Origin: Hemiscyllium ocellatum
Lineage: Eukaryota
Reading direction: 5' to 3'
Assembly (NCBI RefSeq): GCF_020745735.1
Contig: NC_083409.1
Span: forward strand, 20,408,098-20,472,097
DNA length: 64,000 bases
In this document: one piece after another, positions 37,354-50,696 of the stretch
Layout: each line of letters begins with the position of its first letter
Numbering within the stretch: the first letter of the stretch is position 1
Program-made: the position numbers and the translations under genes
Notes under the pieces: model-generated
The model's input: only the letters and a program-made list of their open reading frames with translations
What the model was told of the DNA's origin: nothing
Database searches by the model: none

Positions 37354-38350
37354 AAAGTGAGGACTGCAGATGCTGGAGATCAGAGCTGAAAATGTGTTGC
37401 TGGAAAAGCGCAGCAGGTCAGGCAGAATCTAAGGAGCAGGAGAATCGATGTTTCGGGCATGAGCCCTTTTTCAGGAAAGAGGAAAGTGTGTCCAGCAGGC
37501 TAAGATAAAAAGTAGGGAGGAGGGACTTGGGGGAGGAGCATTGGAAATGCGATAGGTGGAAGGAGGTCAAGGTGAGGGTGATAGGCCAGAGTGGGGGTGG
37601 GGGCGGAGAGGTCAGGAAGAAGATTGCAGGTTAGGAAGGCGGTGCTGATTTTGAGGGATTTGACTGAGACAAGATTGGGGGGGAGGGGATATTAGGAAAC
37701 TGGAGAAATCTGGGTTCATCCCTTGTGGTTGGAGGGTTCCTAGGCGGAAGGCGCTCTTCCTCCAGCTGTCGTGTTGCTATGGTCTGGCGATGGAGGAGTC
37801 CAAGGACCTGCATGTCCATGGTGGAGTAGGAGGCGGAGTTGAAGTGTTGAGCCACGGGGTGGTTGGGTTGGTTGGTCCGGGTGTCCCAGAGGTGTTCCCT
37901 GAAACGCTCCGCAAGTAGGCGGCCTGTCTCCCCTAAGTAGAGGAGGCCACATCGGGTGCAGCGGATGCAGTAAATGATGTGTGTGGAGGTGCAGGTGAAT
38001 TTGTGGCGGGTATGGAAGGATCCCTTGGGGCCTTGGAGGGAAGTAAAGGGGGAGGTGTGGGCGCAAGTTTTGCATTTCTTGCGGTTGCAGGAGAAGGTCC
38101 CGGGAGTGGAGGTTGGGTTGATGGGGAGTGTGGACCAGACGAGGGAGTCACGGAGGGAGAGGTCTTTTCGGAACGCAGATAAGAGAGGGGAGGGAAATAT
38201 ATCTCAGTCAATTCCCTCGAACTCAGCACCGTCTTCCTAACCTGCAATCTTCTTCCTGACCTCTCCACTCCCATCCCAACTCTGGCCTATCCCCCTCACC
38301 ATGACCTCCTTCCACCTATCGCATTTCCAACGCCCCTCCCCCCAGTCCGT
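37354..38350 (-). mobile_element. Penelope-like element 3' end with inverted segment, 13-bp TSD
   Basis: GIY-YIG frames. CCTGAGGCAGGAG occurs at 37341-37353 and 38351-38363. Same subfamily as 10789-12249. Confidence 0.9.
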
Positions 38351-41300
38351 CCTGAGGCAGGAGCCCAAGCTCCAACACAGTGGCCTCACTTCACACCAAC
38401 CCTCACACAGTGCGGGGTCATGAACTCCGGCCATCAATTCCTCAGTGATTATGAAATAAAATATTAACTCCTGTTCTTTTTACAGGTCATGACTGCCCTA
38501 CTGTACTAAAGACTGAGATATGGTGTGTGTGTGTCTGTGTGAGAGACAGAGGTAGAGAAAGAGGCAGAGAAAGCCCTAAAGCTCATACAAAGATTCACCC
38601 TTTGTGATTCGGTTTGAATACACATTTGTTTGTTGGTGATTGAATGTTTGTCCTTTGTTCCCTGGAGTTCAAGATCCAGGACTGTTTTGAATCTGATTTG
38701 CATTTTGGAAATTTAACATGATTTCTTTTAAGTTTAAGGACCCTTCAGTTGTTATGAAATAAAATGTTAACACCTGTTCTTTTAACAGGTCATGACTGCC
38801 CTACTGTCAGTTTCTAACCAATCTCTTTTAACCTTACATGAAAGACAACCTTATTCAATTTCAAATCAGTTTAATATGGAGGAAAACAACATTATAAGTT
38901 TTTTCTTGTTTCAGACTCGTTTATTGCCACTTAATTTTAAGATTGCTGTGCTTTAATGGTGATTATTGGTAAGGACAGTTGTAGTCTCATTGAGGGAGTC
39001 CCCTCCCTCAATGACAATTGAAGTTTCAGTTTAGCATTAGCTTGTGATAAATCATCTAACCAAATTAATATCCTATGGTTAGTATCTGTGTCTTTGGATT
39101 TGGCCATTATTCCTGCATTGGGAGTTTTTTTTTCATTTGAATATACAAGGCATTTTAAGGCAGCTTCAGTTGTTTCATGACCTTTGCATTGTAAATGGGC
39201 AATGACTGGTCAGGACCACTTAAGAATCCTCATCTTGGATTTAAATTAAGGGACTAAAGCCAGATAATTATAGTGGATTTCAAAGTTGGGAACCGTTTAC
39301 ATTTTGCATTTTCAATATTAAATACTGAATAAATGAATTTCCAAAATAAAATGTTGCATGTTATTCAGATATATCTTGTCAAACTAATGACCATCACTAC
39401 AGAGGAGATCTGCTCTCAAAATAAGACAAAGAGAACTAAGCTCTGTTGAGCCTCCAATGTTCACAAAATAAATGAAAACTTCTTTTCTGGACTCTTCTTC
39501 AGCTGGATCCCCACACAGTAATGCGTAAAGTATGCTTGGTACCACTCCACTCAGTGCTCTCGCCAAAAACAAAATCCAAACTGTATTCTATCCATATCGT
39601 TAGGTGTCCCTAACAAATGAAAAAGGATGCCTGCTGACTTAAGCAGGCACTGCTGACACCCAGCATTGCACCCTTTGGACAATAGGGATAGCCAAACATA
39701 TCGAGGAACAGGGTGGTAAATCAATCACTGTTTCTTTTGTAGCATCACTGCCCCATTGCCATGGTGTTAGCGGGCTCCACAATTCACAGCCATATGATAC
39801 AGTGACCAGGACAAGTGAATGAGACAAATCACCTATTTAATTATTCTCCTGTTGCAATTTTTGATTAGCTGAAAATTCAAATCCTAAAACTAGCTTTCAG
39901 ATTATGACAATCAAGATTCCAAAACCAAGATTCCAATTCCAAAATTGTTAGGAACAGTCTTTAAAGTTTGACAAACATAAATTGTTAAATAAGGTTAAAA
40001 TGAAAATAGAAACAAGGAGATCAAGTACAGAAAGGAAGAGAATGATGCAAAAAGAAGAATAAAGCAGCAGAGTACAGTTTTTAAAATGTCTTAGTCACAC
40101 CATGAATTACAGATAATGATTATTTTATTTATTATTTTATAATAATATGTTATAATATTTATAATAATCAATTATATTAGCCCAAATCAAAATTATTTGG
40201 TGGGGTCGCTTGTTTTTACCCCTTTACACATTGTCAGTGACCTGTCCCAATGCCTCATGGTTAATTTAAAACATGGCTGCATTAATTCATTGTTAATTAA
40301 AGAATGGAAAGCTACCTTCCTGGCTAGTTGAAGAAATTCTGCATGTGATTGGGGGATAGAGATATAGCAGATGGAACTCCCAAAAGCTGAGGAGGTGACT
40401 GTGAATGGGTGTATAAAAGGAAGGGACATGAGAAAACAGTGTAAGGCCACTAAGGTTGAGGAATATATAAACAAGTTTAAAGCAACAATACCACAAAATA
40501 AAGAACTTAGATTCTACTCGGAATCCCGAGCTTATGTCTGGCATACCGACCCTTTGTTGGGATTTTGTTCTTGTATACCCACAGAGCCCCTAACATCTCC
40601 TGATTGTCCCCAGCTTTAATTTTAAACCACCCACTTGTTGCAAACCTTTCCTTCTTTTGGAAATGAAGCATTCAGTCTTCATAGCCAATATCATGGTGAT
40701 AAGTCGCCTGTGCCATCCTAGACCAGGTCCCATCCCAAGAACTATAGTTATGTTAATGAACCATGCCCCTGACTGCAAGACCAAACTGGCCAAATTTGCT
40801 CAATATGTCCAAGGGTGATACAAATGTAAATGCAGTCAAATTCTTGGAGTAACCTCAATATGAATGGCTTGTGTTACAAAACTGTAAGATTTGCCTAACT
40901 GTCTGTTGTTTTAGCAATGTTTTCCACCTGGAGTCACTGACAGGACCCAAACCAACATTACGAAACAGTCCAGGAATTTCTAGTTGCAAATGAGGTGAGT
41001 GGTGGTTTTCTATTGGGATGGCCAGAACCGGACTGAACCATGATGCAAGTTACAGGTAAAACCAATTGTATCCAGCGCCCACGTGATCTCAAATGCCGTA
41101 TGCCAGCCCTGATAGGGTTGATTGGAACCAGGATACCCACTGGAGGTGGAACTACCTCATGTGCCCTCCTGACGAGCACTGCTGGACACTCTTTTCCCAA
41201 GGGGATCCTGAAAATGGGGACAGGCAGGCCCCAGTATTTCACCTTTGAGACTGGCAACAAGACAGCAAAATCCCCCAGGGACAAATGCCTGGCCCTTGCT

Positions 41301-41971
41301 TTAACTGTTGAAATGTGGCCAATGGGGAGTAATGTACCTCGGTGTTGATGTTGGGAATAGACATGTTTTCATCCTATCAAAAGGAAAATCTACTAATATG
41401 CATTGATTCTTCATTGTGCTTTTAATATGATCCACGATTTTGGAGCCTTGTGGGAACATTGAAGACTTTTAACCTCAAGGGGGCAGTGTTATAGTAATGT
41501 TACTTTGTCCAATCAATCTGACAATTATCAATATGTTCGGCTCATGCTGAAGAAACTGATACTGTTTCTAAAGTAGTAGGCAAGTCGATGCAGCTGCCAA
41601 GCAGGCAGCCTTACACCCCAAACTTCTGATCCCATTGGTTCCCTAGCAAAACCCGGTTAGACACAGTATAAGGACATGTGTGCCAGACCTGGGTAAGGTG
41701 CAGAAATCATGGAGGAATGAGACTGTCTGTTCAGTGCCAATTCACAATGTAGAGGTTGATTTCTGTATTGCTTACTGTCTGTAATCATACAGGTTTAGTG
41801 TTTGAATTGCTTTCCATATTGTTTACAAATTTGGAAGTAATTTGCAAATTTCCATTTCTGCAATAATTACAGTTATTTTATATTACAAGGTACTACTGAC
41901 TGAATTATCAAGTGATTTGGTTTCATACGTAGACACTAAGCCTAAATGTCTTTGCTTTGTGTATGGAGCTT

Positions 41972-42270
41972 GATTAGACTTACAGTGTGGAAACAGGCCC
42001 TTCGGCCCAACAAGTCCACACCGACCCGCAACCCACCCATACCCCTACATTACCCCTTACCTAACACTACGGGCAATTTAGCATGGCCAATTCACCTGAC
42101 CCGCACATCTTTGTGACTGTGGGAGGAAACCGGAGCACCCGGAGGAAACCCATGCAGACACGGGGAGAACGTGCAAACTCCACACAGTCAGTCGCCTGAG
42201 TCGGGAATTGAACCCGGGTCTTCAGGCGCTATGAGGCAGCAGTGCTAACCACTGTGCCACCGTGCCGCCC
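41972..42270 (-). mobile_element. Full-length young HE1-type SINE nested in the ERV
   Basis: Near-identical to 31592-31914 in reverse. Confidence 0.92.
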
Positions 42271-43159
42271 AAGAATGCACATTCTTATAAGAATGCACAC
42301 TGGTTAATTTGATTTATCTTTGGATTGGGCTGTTAGATCGAAGAAGGAGTGTCTGGCTGAGCTATTATCTTCATTTAAATATTTGATACTGAACAGTGAT
42401 GGTTTATAATTTTAAGACAGTACCAATGTCTAAATTCTAGGGTTAGCTCAAGATTAGAAAATGTCAGTGTGGATTGAAAGCTTTGTGTCATGTTACCGTA
42501 ATTTAGGGGCAGCATTGCCCTCCATGCAATATTCATCACCAACTTCTCTGCTCAAAATCCCCATCTGGTTTCTGCACTTAATTCTAAATACTGTCAACTA
42601 CAGCTGTAGCTCAGGCCATTTGATTGGGCTAAAGGTTAATGTATTTTTTTTTAGAGAATACAATATATTGCAGTACTAATCTAAATTTTAGGTAATATTG
42701 ATATTTTTAGTAGCAAAACTTCGAGGAGTATTACATCTTAGCAAAGCTGGATTTATAAAAAATAGGTTTGCTTAATTCACCCAGGCCTGGGCTCCTCCGT
42801 ATAAAGTAAGAAAATAATGGGTAGGAAAGGAATCTCGAGTGCAGAGTTTAAAATGAATGAGCCTTTTGCCAGTGTGGGCAATATATTTACTCAAGTGGGC
42901 TATTTGAACTTGATTGATTTGAGAATTATTTATTTCAAAATTGCTCTTAGCCTGCTGAAGAGCACAAATTACGGCCTCAAATAGGGTACTCCCTCAATAC
43001 TCAAACCAGAATATGGATGACTCTTACGAGATGAGTTTGTGTTCCTTCTTTGCTGCTGCCTATTTTAATTGATGATGTGTATATTGTATATACAAGGAGG
43101 AAATGGTTTATATTTTATTACAATGGACACTCCGCGGCCTCCTACCTTGCAAGAGGGAG

Positions 43160-44890
43160 ATGATAAAGATCGAACTTGACCTGCTGTGTGTACTTGCCAT
43201 TGCCAGCATTGGTGCATAAGGAGGGACAGTTTACCTGTGCGATCCTGAGCAAACAGAGACTGTGTACCAACTACGCCAGGAAGGTGTCCTTGTGTGCCGA
43301 GAAGATGAATGTTACCAAGAATGACCATTGTAGTGATCAACTGCATCAAAAAGATTGAACAGTTAATTTACAGAACAAGTCTAAATGGTCTTTACCCTGT
43401 AAAGGTGTTGTGTGCCAGTTGATTACATTTGTGCAATGGGCATCCCTGGTAAGCCTTGTCCCCTTTCAGATAGATCATGTTAAAATAGACAAAGGGGGGA
43501 TGTTATCCTTCACTAGCAATATGTTTCTAACAACCCATAATAAAATATTTGGAGAGAATGAAGAACTTTGTTATGCCCTTACTTCAGCAAGAGACTCCCT
43601 GACCCCTTTTATCCTTCCATGGATGAGGAGGATGTACTTATGTTAAAGTGCCTAAAATTATCCCCTGTACTATGATTAAATGTATCAGTCATCACTGCTT
43701 CCTTGAAGGACCTTGCATCTCATGTGTATGCCTTAAGGAGAAATGTGTCTCTATTACCACTGGTATTCAAACCCTTTGTAAGGTGGGTAACAACGCCCAC
43801 CTTCGTTATGATACCCTTAATGGCACTAATATTTTCCCAATTATTGGATGGGTAGAACTATTCTGGGATGTCGACCACGTCCCTTATCAAGAAACCCACC
43901 TCATTCGACTAAATAATTTTCAGCCTTTACGTTCTGGGCCAAATGATGTAATCATGAATTACACAGGTACTCCAGGAAGTTACAAAGATAGGCCCGCTTC
44001 TTATTGGGAAGGTCCCTCCATTATCTATACTAAACCTGGATAGTATTTTTTTCAGTTACAATAAGGCGTATACCTACCTTGTTCTGAATAGAGCAGGTAC
44101 ACATCATGATGTAGCTGTAGGAACACTATTTCCAACTACTGTTCCCTGTCCAATTACCTGGCAACAAGACTCAAATTCCCTGATTAAACATTCAGTTTCT
44201 CCTGACTTTTGTGCAGAATGGAAGAATGCAAGGGTTCTATCAAAAAATAGAACTCACTCATTGGCATATGCAGCTCTTAGTGTTCTTTCTGTAGGAGGGT
44301 CTTCAGGAGTTATTAGTCATCAAAACCATAATTATCTCATTTGTGGACTCATGATTTCATGAAATGAGACAACTGCTGCCCTAATAGAAATTAGGGACAT
44401 GCTTTCAGAATGGTGCCTCTTTACCCAACAAAACAGCTATGCTTTTGATTACATACTTGTGGAGGAAGGTGGAGTTTGCACCATAGTCAAAGGAAAGTGT
44501 ATCATGAGGGTCACTTTGTTCATCGAAAATATTACTAGGCATATAGATAGTATCCACACTTTTGTCAACCAAATGAATGAAGGTGCAGGATTGGGAGATT
44601 GGGGTTTTGGCTCATGGTACAACTGGCTAATTAATATGGCTATGTATGCTGCTATTGTTTTAGTTGGTCTTGTTGTTGGTATTGCTATTGTTAAGAGTAT
44701 TATTGCTGAAATATTAATTTCTATTGACAACATTGGCTCCACCCAGAGAATGTTTCTTCTCCACTTAGATGATGATGAGAAGCATCATCGCCTGCCCCTG
44801 ATTCACCTTCAGAGGAAGAGAAAATACTGCAGTCTTTCGCTGCCATTGGATTGGATTAATTTGATCCATGCCTTTATGGTGTGGTCATAG
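43160..44890 (+). pseudogene. Retroviral env pseudogene (SU-TM)
   Basis: Signal-peptide-like MIKIELDLLCVLAIASIGA, fusion-peptide-like SLAYAALSVLSVGGSSGVI, ISD-like QQNSYAFDYILVEEGGVC with a CX6C(C) motif, and a TM helix AMYAAIVLVGLVVGIAIV. Contains several stops and frameshifts. Confidence 0.85.
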
Positions 44891-44907
44891 AATGACAAAG
44901 GGGGGAA

Positions 44908-45584
44908 TGAGGATCTAAAATTTGAATTTAGGTTGTTGTCAGAAGCAACAAATATATGTAGATTTTTATTAAACACAAAATGGATTTTCAATTTAAAATA
45001 ACACAACAACATGGCTGAAAGTAATGATTTGACTCTTGTGAACTTGTGCTGCTGCTTTGCTGGGTTAAGCTATTTAGTTAAGAGAATACAATGGATTTTT
45101 CAGAATAGGAATTATAAGACAGTGATTTGGTATTTGAACTAATCCTGAACTAGCAAACCTGGGGTGATTCTGTGCATATAACAATCTGTTTCCCAGGGAA
45201 TATCATTGGACTGGCCTGTTGGCAATCATATCACTTTATTATGGTTGATCAAACTTTTCTTGTAATTAAGAACCCTTTCCCAGGAAATATCATTGGATTA
45301 ACCTGCTGTAAATCATGTCAACTTATTATATGAGATTGGTCTTTTCTTGTAATTAAGGCTGTCCTATCTCTTAAAAAAACATATAAATAACGTGTAATTT
45401 TTGAATATAATTGTACCATTTGTCCATGGAACACAGAAGCTTTCAACCTCTGTGTTGCTGGACAAATCTGCGCCAGGCTGCCTTAATTTATTAAACTAGT
45501 AGCCTTGCTTTAACCAGACCGTACTCCTAGTGATTCTGTTGACCGATCATGAGACCGAGGGGTCCTGCAAGGGGGTCTACATCA
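44908..45584 (+). mobile_element. 3' LTR of the ERV
   Basis: Starts TG immediately after the PPT and ends ...CATCA. Two ~87-bp U3 tandem repeats at 45190-45357 and a TATA-like ATATAAATA at ~45380. Confidence 0.7.
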
Positions 45585-47793
45585 TCATTGGGATCTGAAC
45601 AAAAAAACCCATGAAACTCAATGTCATGTTCATGAATGTTCTTTGGGCAAGGGAACCCAGTCATCACCCGGTCTTGTGACTCCAGTCTCACACTGACTCA
45701 ATTAATTCTTAACAGCCCCATGATCTGGTTCAGCAAAGAACGCAGTCCGAGCAGCTGGAGATGGGCAATACATTTGAGGCTTATCACTGGCATTCATGCC
45801 CTGAGAAGGAATAATGTCTGCCTTTTAGCCTCTGATGCACCACACTCTCATTGTTCTGGGTCTCTAATCCTCTCACATTAATTCATTCAGTGATAGCAAT
45901 ATGCGAAGAGCTTTTATTTTGAACTCTAAGTTCTCTTTTCCCTGTGATTCTCTCCTCTTCACCCCACCCAAAAAAGCTTTGCTGTGCGGAGTGAGAGCTC
46001 TCTGTGTTCTCTGAGGCCTCGCTCTGTCTCTGTCTGCCTCCCTTCCAACTGAAGACAAAACGTATGTTTCCAAAACCCTGTGGCGATAAGAAGACAGCTG
46101 AGAAAAATAATGTAACGAGAGTTGAGTTGAGTTTGTTAAAGAAAATAATGTTTGTTTTGAAATTATATTTCTGTCAGTGAGTGACAAAGGAAAGATGGGG
46201 GTCCAGGATTGCTGCAGCCACTGCCAGAATATAGGGCCCAGGAGTAGGAGCAGGCCTTTTGGGAGCTGCTGTGCCAATGAAAGAAGATCACTGCTCATCT
46301 GGGTGTGGTCTCAGCTGCACTTTCTGCTTCCCCCAATTCTCCCATTACACTTAACTGCCATGTTCATCAAAAATCTGTCTACCTCAACTTTGAGTAAACC
46401 CAAGCTCCATTCCCATGTAGAGAAGAGAATTCCACAGACTGTCAACTCTCAGACGTCAAAACAAAACTTCCTGGTTTTAAACGGGAGACTGCTTTGTGTT
46501 AAATTGACCCTCTAGTTCTTGTCTGCCCTACAACAGGAACCATCCTCTCAGTATCCAGCCTGTCATGTCACCTTCAGACCTGAAACTGTTAATGAGAACA
46601 AACAGGTTGCATAAGTGAGGCTTTTCCTCTGGAAATGATTAACAATGTTGATGTAAACTGTTTTCTCCCGTGCCAGAGTTCAGAACAAGAGGGTTGTTAA
46701 AATTAAAATTAGGATGATTTCAGGAAAAACTCCTTCTGAAAAAGTGTGAAAATCCGGAACTCGCAATTGGAAAAGCTGTCAAGGCCAGGATTCGATGTTC
46801 GTTCACGCAGGACAGTAAGGTTTACAGAACTAAGGGGGAATGTGTTCCAGGTTAGCCATGGCCGAACTGACTGGGGAATTTGGTCAAAACAGATCATAAT
46901 TTATTTAAAATAAATGTTCGCAATAAATCTATGCTAACCTGAGTGTACAAGGCATAATTTCAAAGTTTTCTGATGATATAAAACTTTGAAGTATTGTGCT
47001 TATGAAGAAGATAGTGTCGAATTTCAAACAGGATGTCGGTAAGTGAATGGAATGAGCAGATGATTGCAGATACATTTTAATGGAAAGAGATGTCGATTTT
47101 GGAAGGAAAATGTGGTGAGACAAATCAAACTAAAGGATACAAATATGGATAGCTGTAGGGGCAGTAGGACCTGAATGCTTATGTGCATTAGTCACTGAAG
47201 GTGTCAGCACAGGCAGCTGTTTTCATGAGAGAGCAGCTGATAAAGCAGATGCCATATCAACATTAGCATAGAATACAGTCTGGATGTGAAAAAAATGTTA
47301 CGTTTTCAGAGGTAATACAAAACTAAAATAAGTTCCCTCTTTTAAGAATGAGAAAAGCAGAATTCTTTGTCTTGTGTACAGTCATAGGTCTTTGAAACTC
47401 TTTTTCAAATAGTCAACTGAAATCACTGAATAGTTGTAATGAAGAATTAGACAGCCTTTCAGCCCTTGCTTATCAGTAATATATCAGAGTTAGGCAAGAA
47501 TGTGGAATAATCAGATCCACCATGTGGAACAGGATCAAGAGGATGAATCTCCTTCATCTGTCTCTAATTCGTATAATTGTGTGTATTTAAAAGCCAGGAA
47601 GATATGCTCAGCTATATGACAAGTTGATTTGGCCTCAACTGATAGTATTAAGTACAGTTCCACCGTTGAAAGAGCAGCCGCTTGAAAGCTTGTGATTTTC
47701 AATAAAGCTGCTGAAGTGGCTGCTGGTTTGTGTGGGTGCAAATGGAACGGGACTTTACCCATAATCCTCAACAGTAGGGCAAGCGCTCTCTCT

Positions 47794-47810
47794 CGCCACT
47801 AGAGGGCAGC
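47794..47810 (+). promoter_or_regulatory. CTCF-binding motif (paralog)
   Basis: CGCCACTAGAGGGCAGC, identical to 17846-17862. Confidence 0.7.
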
Positions 47811-48899
47811 TGCTTCGCTGTCCCTGATCAGTAAAAAATAAACTGCAAAGATGCAGAGAGTGTGTCCAGCTTCAGAAGCAGGGTACTTATCGTACCACAA
47901 TGAAAATGTCCCCTGTGATAAGAAAAGTACTTTGGTGTAACTTGTGATTATCTTCACAGTGTGCTGTTTTGTTCATTCTGTGATACAAATGTACAATATC
48001 AGTACTGAGGGGCACAAAGTATATTTCCTCCTCTAACCCCTTTCCAACACACCCTCTCCATCTTGCTTTACTCCTTATTGACTCTTCTACAATTGTCCCT
48101 GTTCCCTCACTCCATCCCTGTCCCAGAGGGATTGATTGCCGGAGTTCATGACCCCGCACTGTGTGAAGGTTGGTGTGAACTGAGGCCAGTGTGTTGGAGC
48201 TTGGGCTCCTGCCTCAGGCCCAGGTGTAGGGACCTTTTCAACAATCTGCACATTGTCCTTTTCCTCTTTCTGACTATACTGGAGTTTTCAAGCTGCAGTA
48301 ACTTGCTGGCAACCAACTGTCTTGTCTAAAGTGTTCCCAGCACTGGACAGATCTCTGCTGTTGATCGTTTTCTCTCAGGAGCCAGCTCTGTACTAAATGC
48401 CTGTTATCATTAGTGTGTCAGCTGCTGCTTCCTTGCTATTGTACTGAAAAACAACATCAATGCATCTTGAGATTTAAAGTACCCTGTCTTCATGAAAGTG
48501 TTTGGCAGACTTTTAACATCATTTAACAAACTAATGATGGGAATGCTTCAGTGTTGTTTATGGCTGGGAGCGTTTAACATCATGGTCTTATTTTAATGGC
48601 TCCTCACTCGTGGTAATACAGTTTGCAATGTTCCTCTCCCCTTTCGTGTTATTAAAAGGCTTTGAACCGTGTTATGCTGAGGACAGCGCAACTTCAACAC
48701 CGTGTGACGGAGTGGGTGGCTGGATTCCCATCTCATTATTGTCCAGCTTTCAAAGAAAATGCTGTACTCTCTGAAATTAGATTGTACCCAGATTTTATAC
48801 ATATTGTGTTTGGATTTCATTTTCGGAATGCCGATTTTCATAAAAATATCCTGTTCAGTTTTGTAGCTCAGTAGTTGTGCTTGTTCCCTGAGATACTGA

Positions 48900-49290
48900 G
48901 AGTTTACACAACACGCCATTTGCCTGTGATCCAGTTGCTAGCCAAAGCCTCTGGTTGTTCGGTGAGTCCAAGCCATTGCCTTGCTCTCTGCAGTTATACC
49001 ATCAACACGATTTCTCAGTGTGAGCCAGGAGACCACTGCGTGGTGACTTCCTGTTCCACTGTCGGTGTAAAGGCAAGTGGGAACTGTCAAGGTTAATCCC
49101 ATCATGAACATCAGAACATTGTGCTCAGCTAGAAATACATCCACTGACTCATTTCTTTGGCCGCCATTTCAGTGAAAGCAAATCTCTCCATTTGCCAGCA
49201 CAAACAGAAAGTGTTCATCAGATTCCCTCGTGTGTGATGGTTTAGCTCAATAGGAGCAGCGCTGGTAGACCATGCTGCATCAGCCTGGAC
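48900..49290. promoter_or_regulatory. Conserved enhancer-like core (copy 2)
   Basis: CGCCATTT at 48914-48921, ACTTCCTG at 49046-49053 and TGACTCATTTC at 49145-49155. Confidence 0.45.
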
Positions 49291-50696
49291 AGAAACCTGG
49301 GCAAGCTCCAAATGAAAGGATGACCTTCAGTGGATCTGCTGCGACAGGAAATATGGAATTGGAATCCTTGTTCCCGAATCACCTCATCAAACCTAAATAC
49401 AACTGAGAAAATATAAACCAAACCAATTTCCCAAGGACATATGTCACAACAAGAAAGTAGGGAACAGACAGTTTTTGTCCCCTGTCTTTCAATAGCGTCG
49501 CTTTTCCTGTCTCACCCCTGTCTGTGGGGTACCATTTCTATCATCCTTTCTATCTGAGAATATTACTGTTTCTATCCCCACTATCTTAGGGAGAGTTTGG
49601 GTGTGTCCCATCCACCCATTTTGTTAGTTCCATTTACTCTCATGAAATGGGTAATCCCTGCTTCACTATGTGGTGTAAGCCACGTGTGAAATCCCAGCAC
49701 AGCTCACCCTTCATCTCAATCAGAACACAGCATTGGTCAGTACTGTCTGGACCCAGAACAATAACACTGACTAACTGGAGACAACTCAGATCCAGTCCCA
49801 ATGAGAGTGCTATTGACATTCACCCTCAAAGCCCACTGAGGAGGTGGTCATTAATCCCCGTGTTGCCACAGAGTAAGTTCTCCCAGAGATTCATGATTCC
49901 TTCTGGATTTTACACAAGTCTGTGATGTTTTTAGGAGACAGGTGGGAAGGCATAGAGATAAAATATAAAAGGAGGGAGAATTATATTTTTGTTACATCAT
50001 TCTTGAACTTAGGATGTTCGAAAATATTTTACAGCCAATGGAATGCTTCCAAAAACCAGACATTACCGTAATGTGGGAACTGTGACAGCTTGGGCAATGC
50101 AGATCTTTTAGTAGCACCACCCAGAGACTGGAGGCTGCTACTGCAGGCAGGCTACAACCAGCTCTGCTGTGAGGGAAGGACACTGGAGCACACAAGGACA
50201 TGAGAAATAGGAGTTGGAGGAAGACTCCAATGGCTGTCCATCCTTTCTTAAATACAGAGACCAAAATTGCATACAATACCCCAGATGCAGCCTCACTAAT
50301 ACCCTGTACAGTTTTAACAAGACTTTTCTACTTTTAAATTCCAACCCCCAGCAATAAAGGTGAAAATTCCATTCACCTTCTCAATTACTTGCTGTACCTG
50401 CACTAACTTTCAGTGTCCCATGCACAATACTATCCTGATCACTCTGTACTGCACTTTGTTGGAATTTCTGACTATTTAAATAATAGTCAGCCTTTAGATT
50501 ATTCTGGCCCAAGTTCATGGTCTCAAAGTTTCTGATATTAAATTCCATCCACTGTGTATTAGTGTTGCATTTCCAGTTTGGTCTTCTCTTTGTGATTGAC
50601 TATCTCAATGCATCAGTCTATAGCACGTCCCATTCCCATTTGTTTGTGAGCCTGACCCTTGATTGTCTAACCCTTTCCTGCTGGTTCCATTCAATG

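Larger units (their letters stand above)
35892..38443 (-). repeat. Inverted third copy of the duplicated-unit module (corresponds to ~18220-20000), interrupted by a minisatellite and a Penelope element
   Basis: Reverse-complement alignment to copies 1 and 2. The core motifs lie at 36622-36632, 36725-36732 and 36857-36864. Confidence 0.9.
40350..45584 (+). mobile_element. Decayed class I (gamma/epsilon-like) endogenous retrovirus: gag, RNase H, env, PPT and 3' LTR
   Basis: Gag knuckle remnant GPCFNC*NV..*C at 41291-41335, RNase H CAFNMIHDFGALWEH*RLLTSRG and VDAAAKQAAL at 41415-41625, env at 43160-44890, PPT AAAGGGGGGAA at 44897-44907. Protease and RT appear deleted, and I found no 5' LTR. Confidence 0.85.

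Noticed and set aside
38694-38703. TGATTTGCAT light-chain-type decamer
   Set aside because: No leader or V exon follows, and it lies inside a repeat-like segment.
41473-41487. CTCF-like CCTCAAGGGGGCAGT
   Set aside because: Two mismatches in the core and explained by the ERV RNase H coding sequence.
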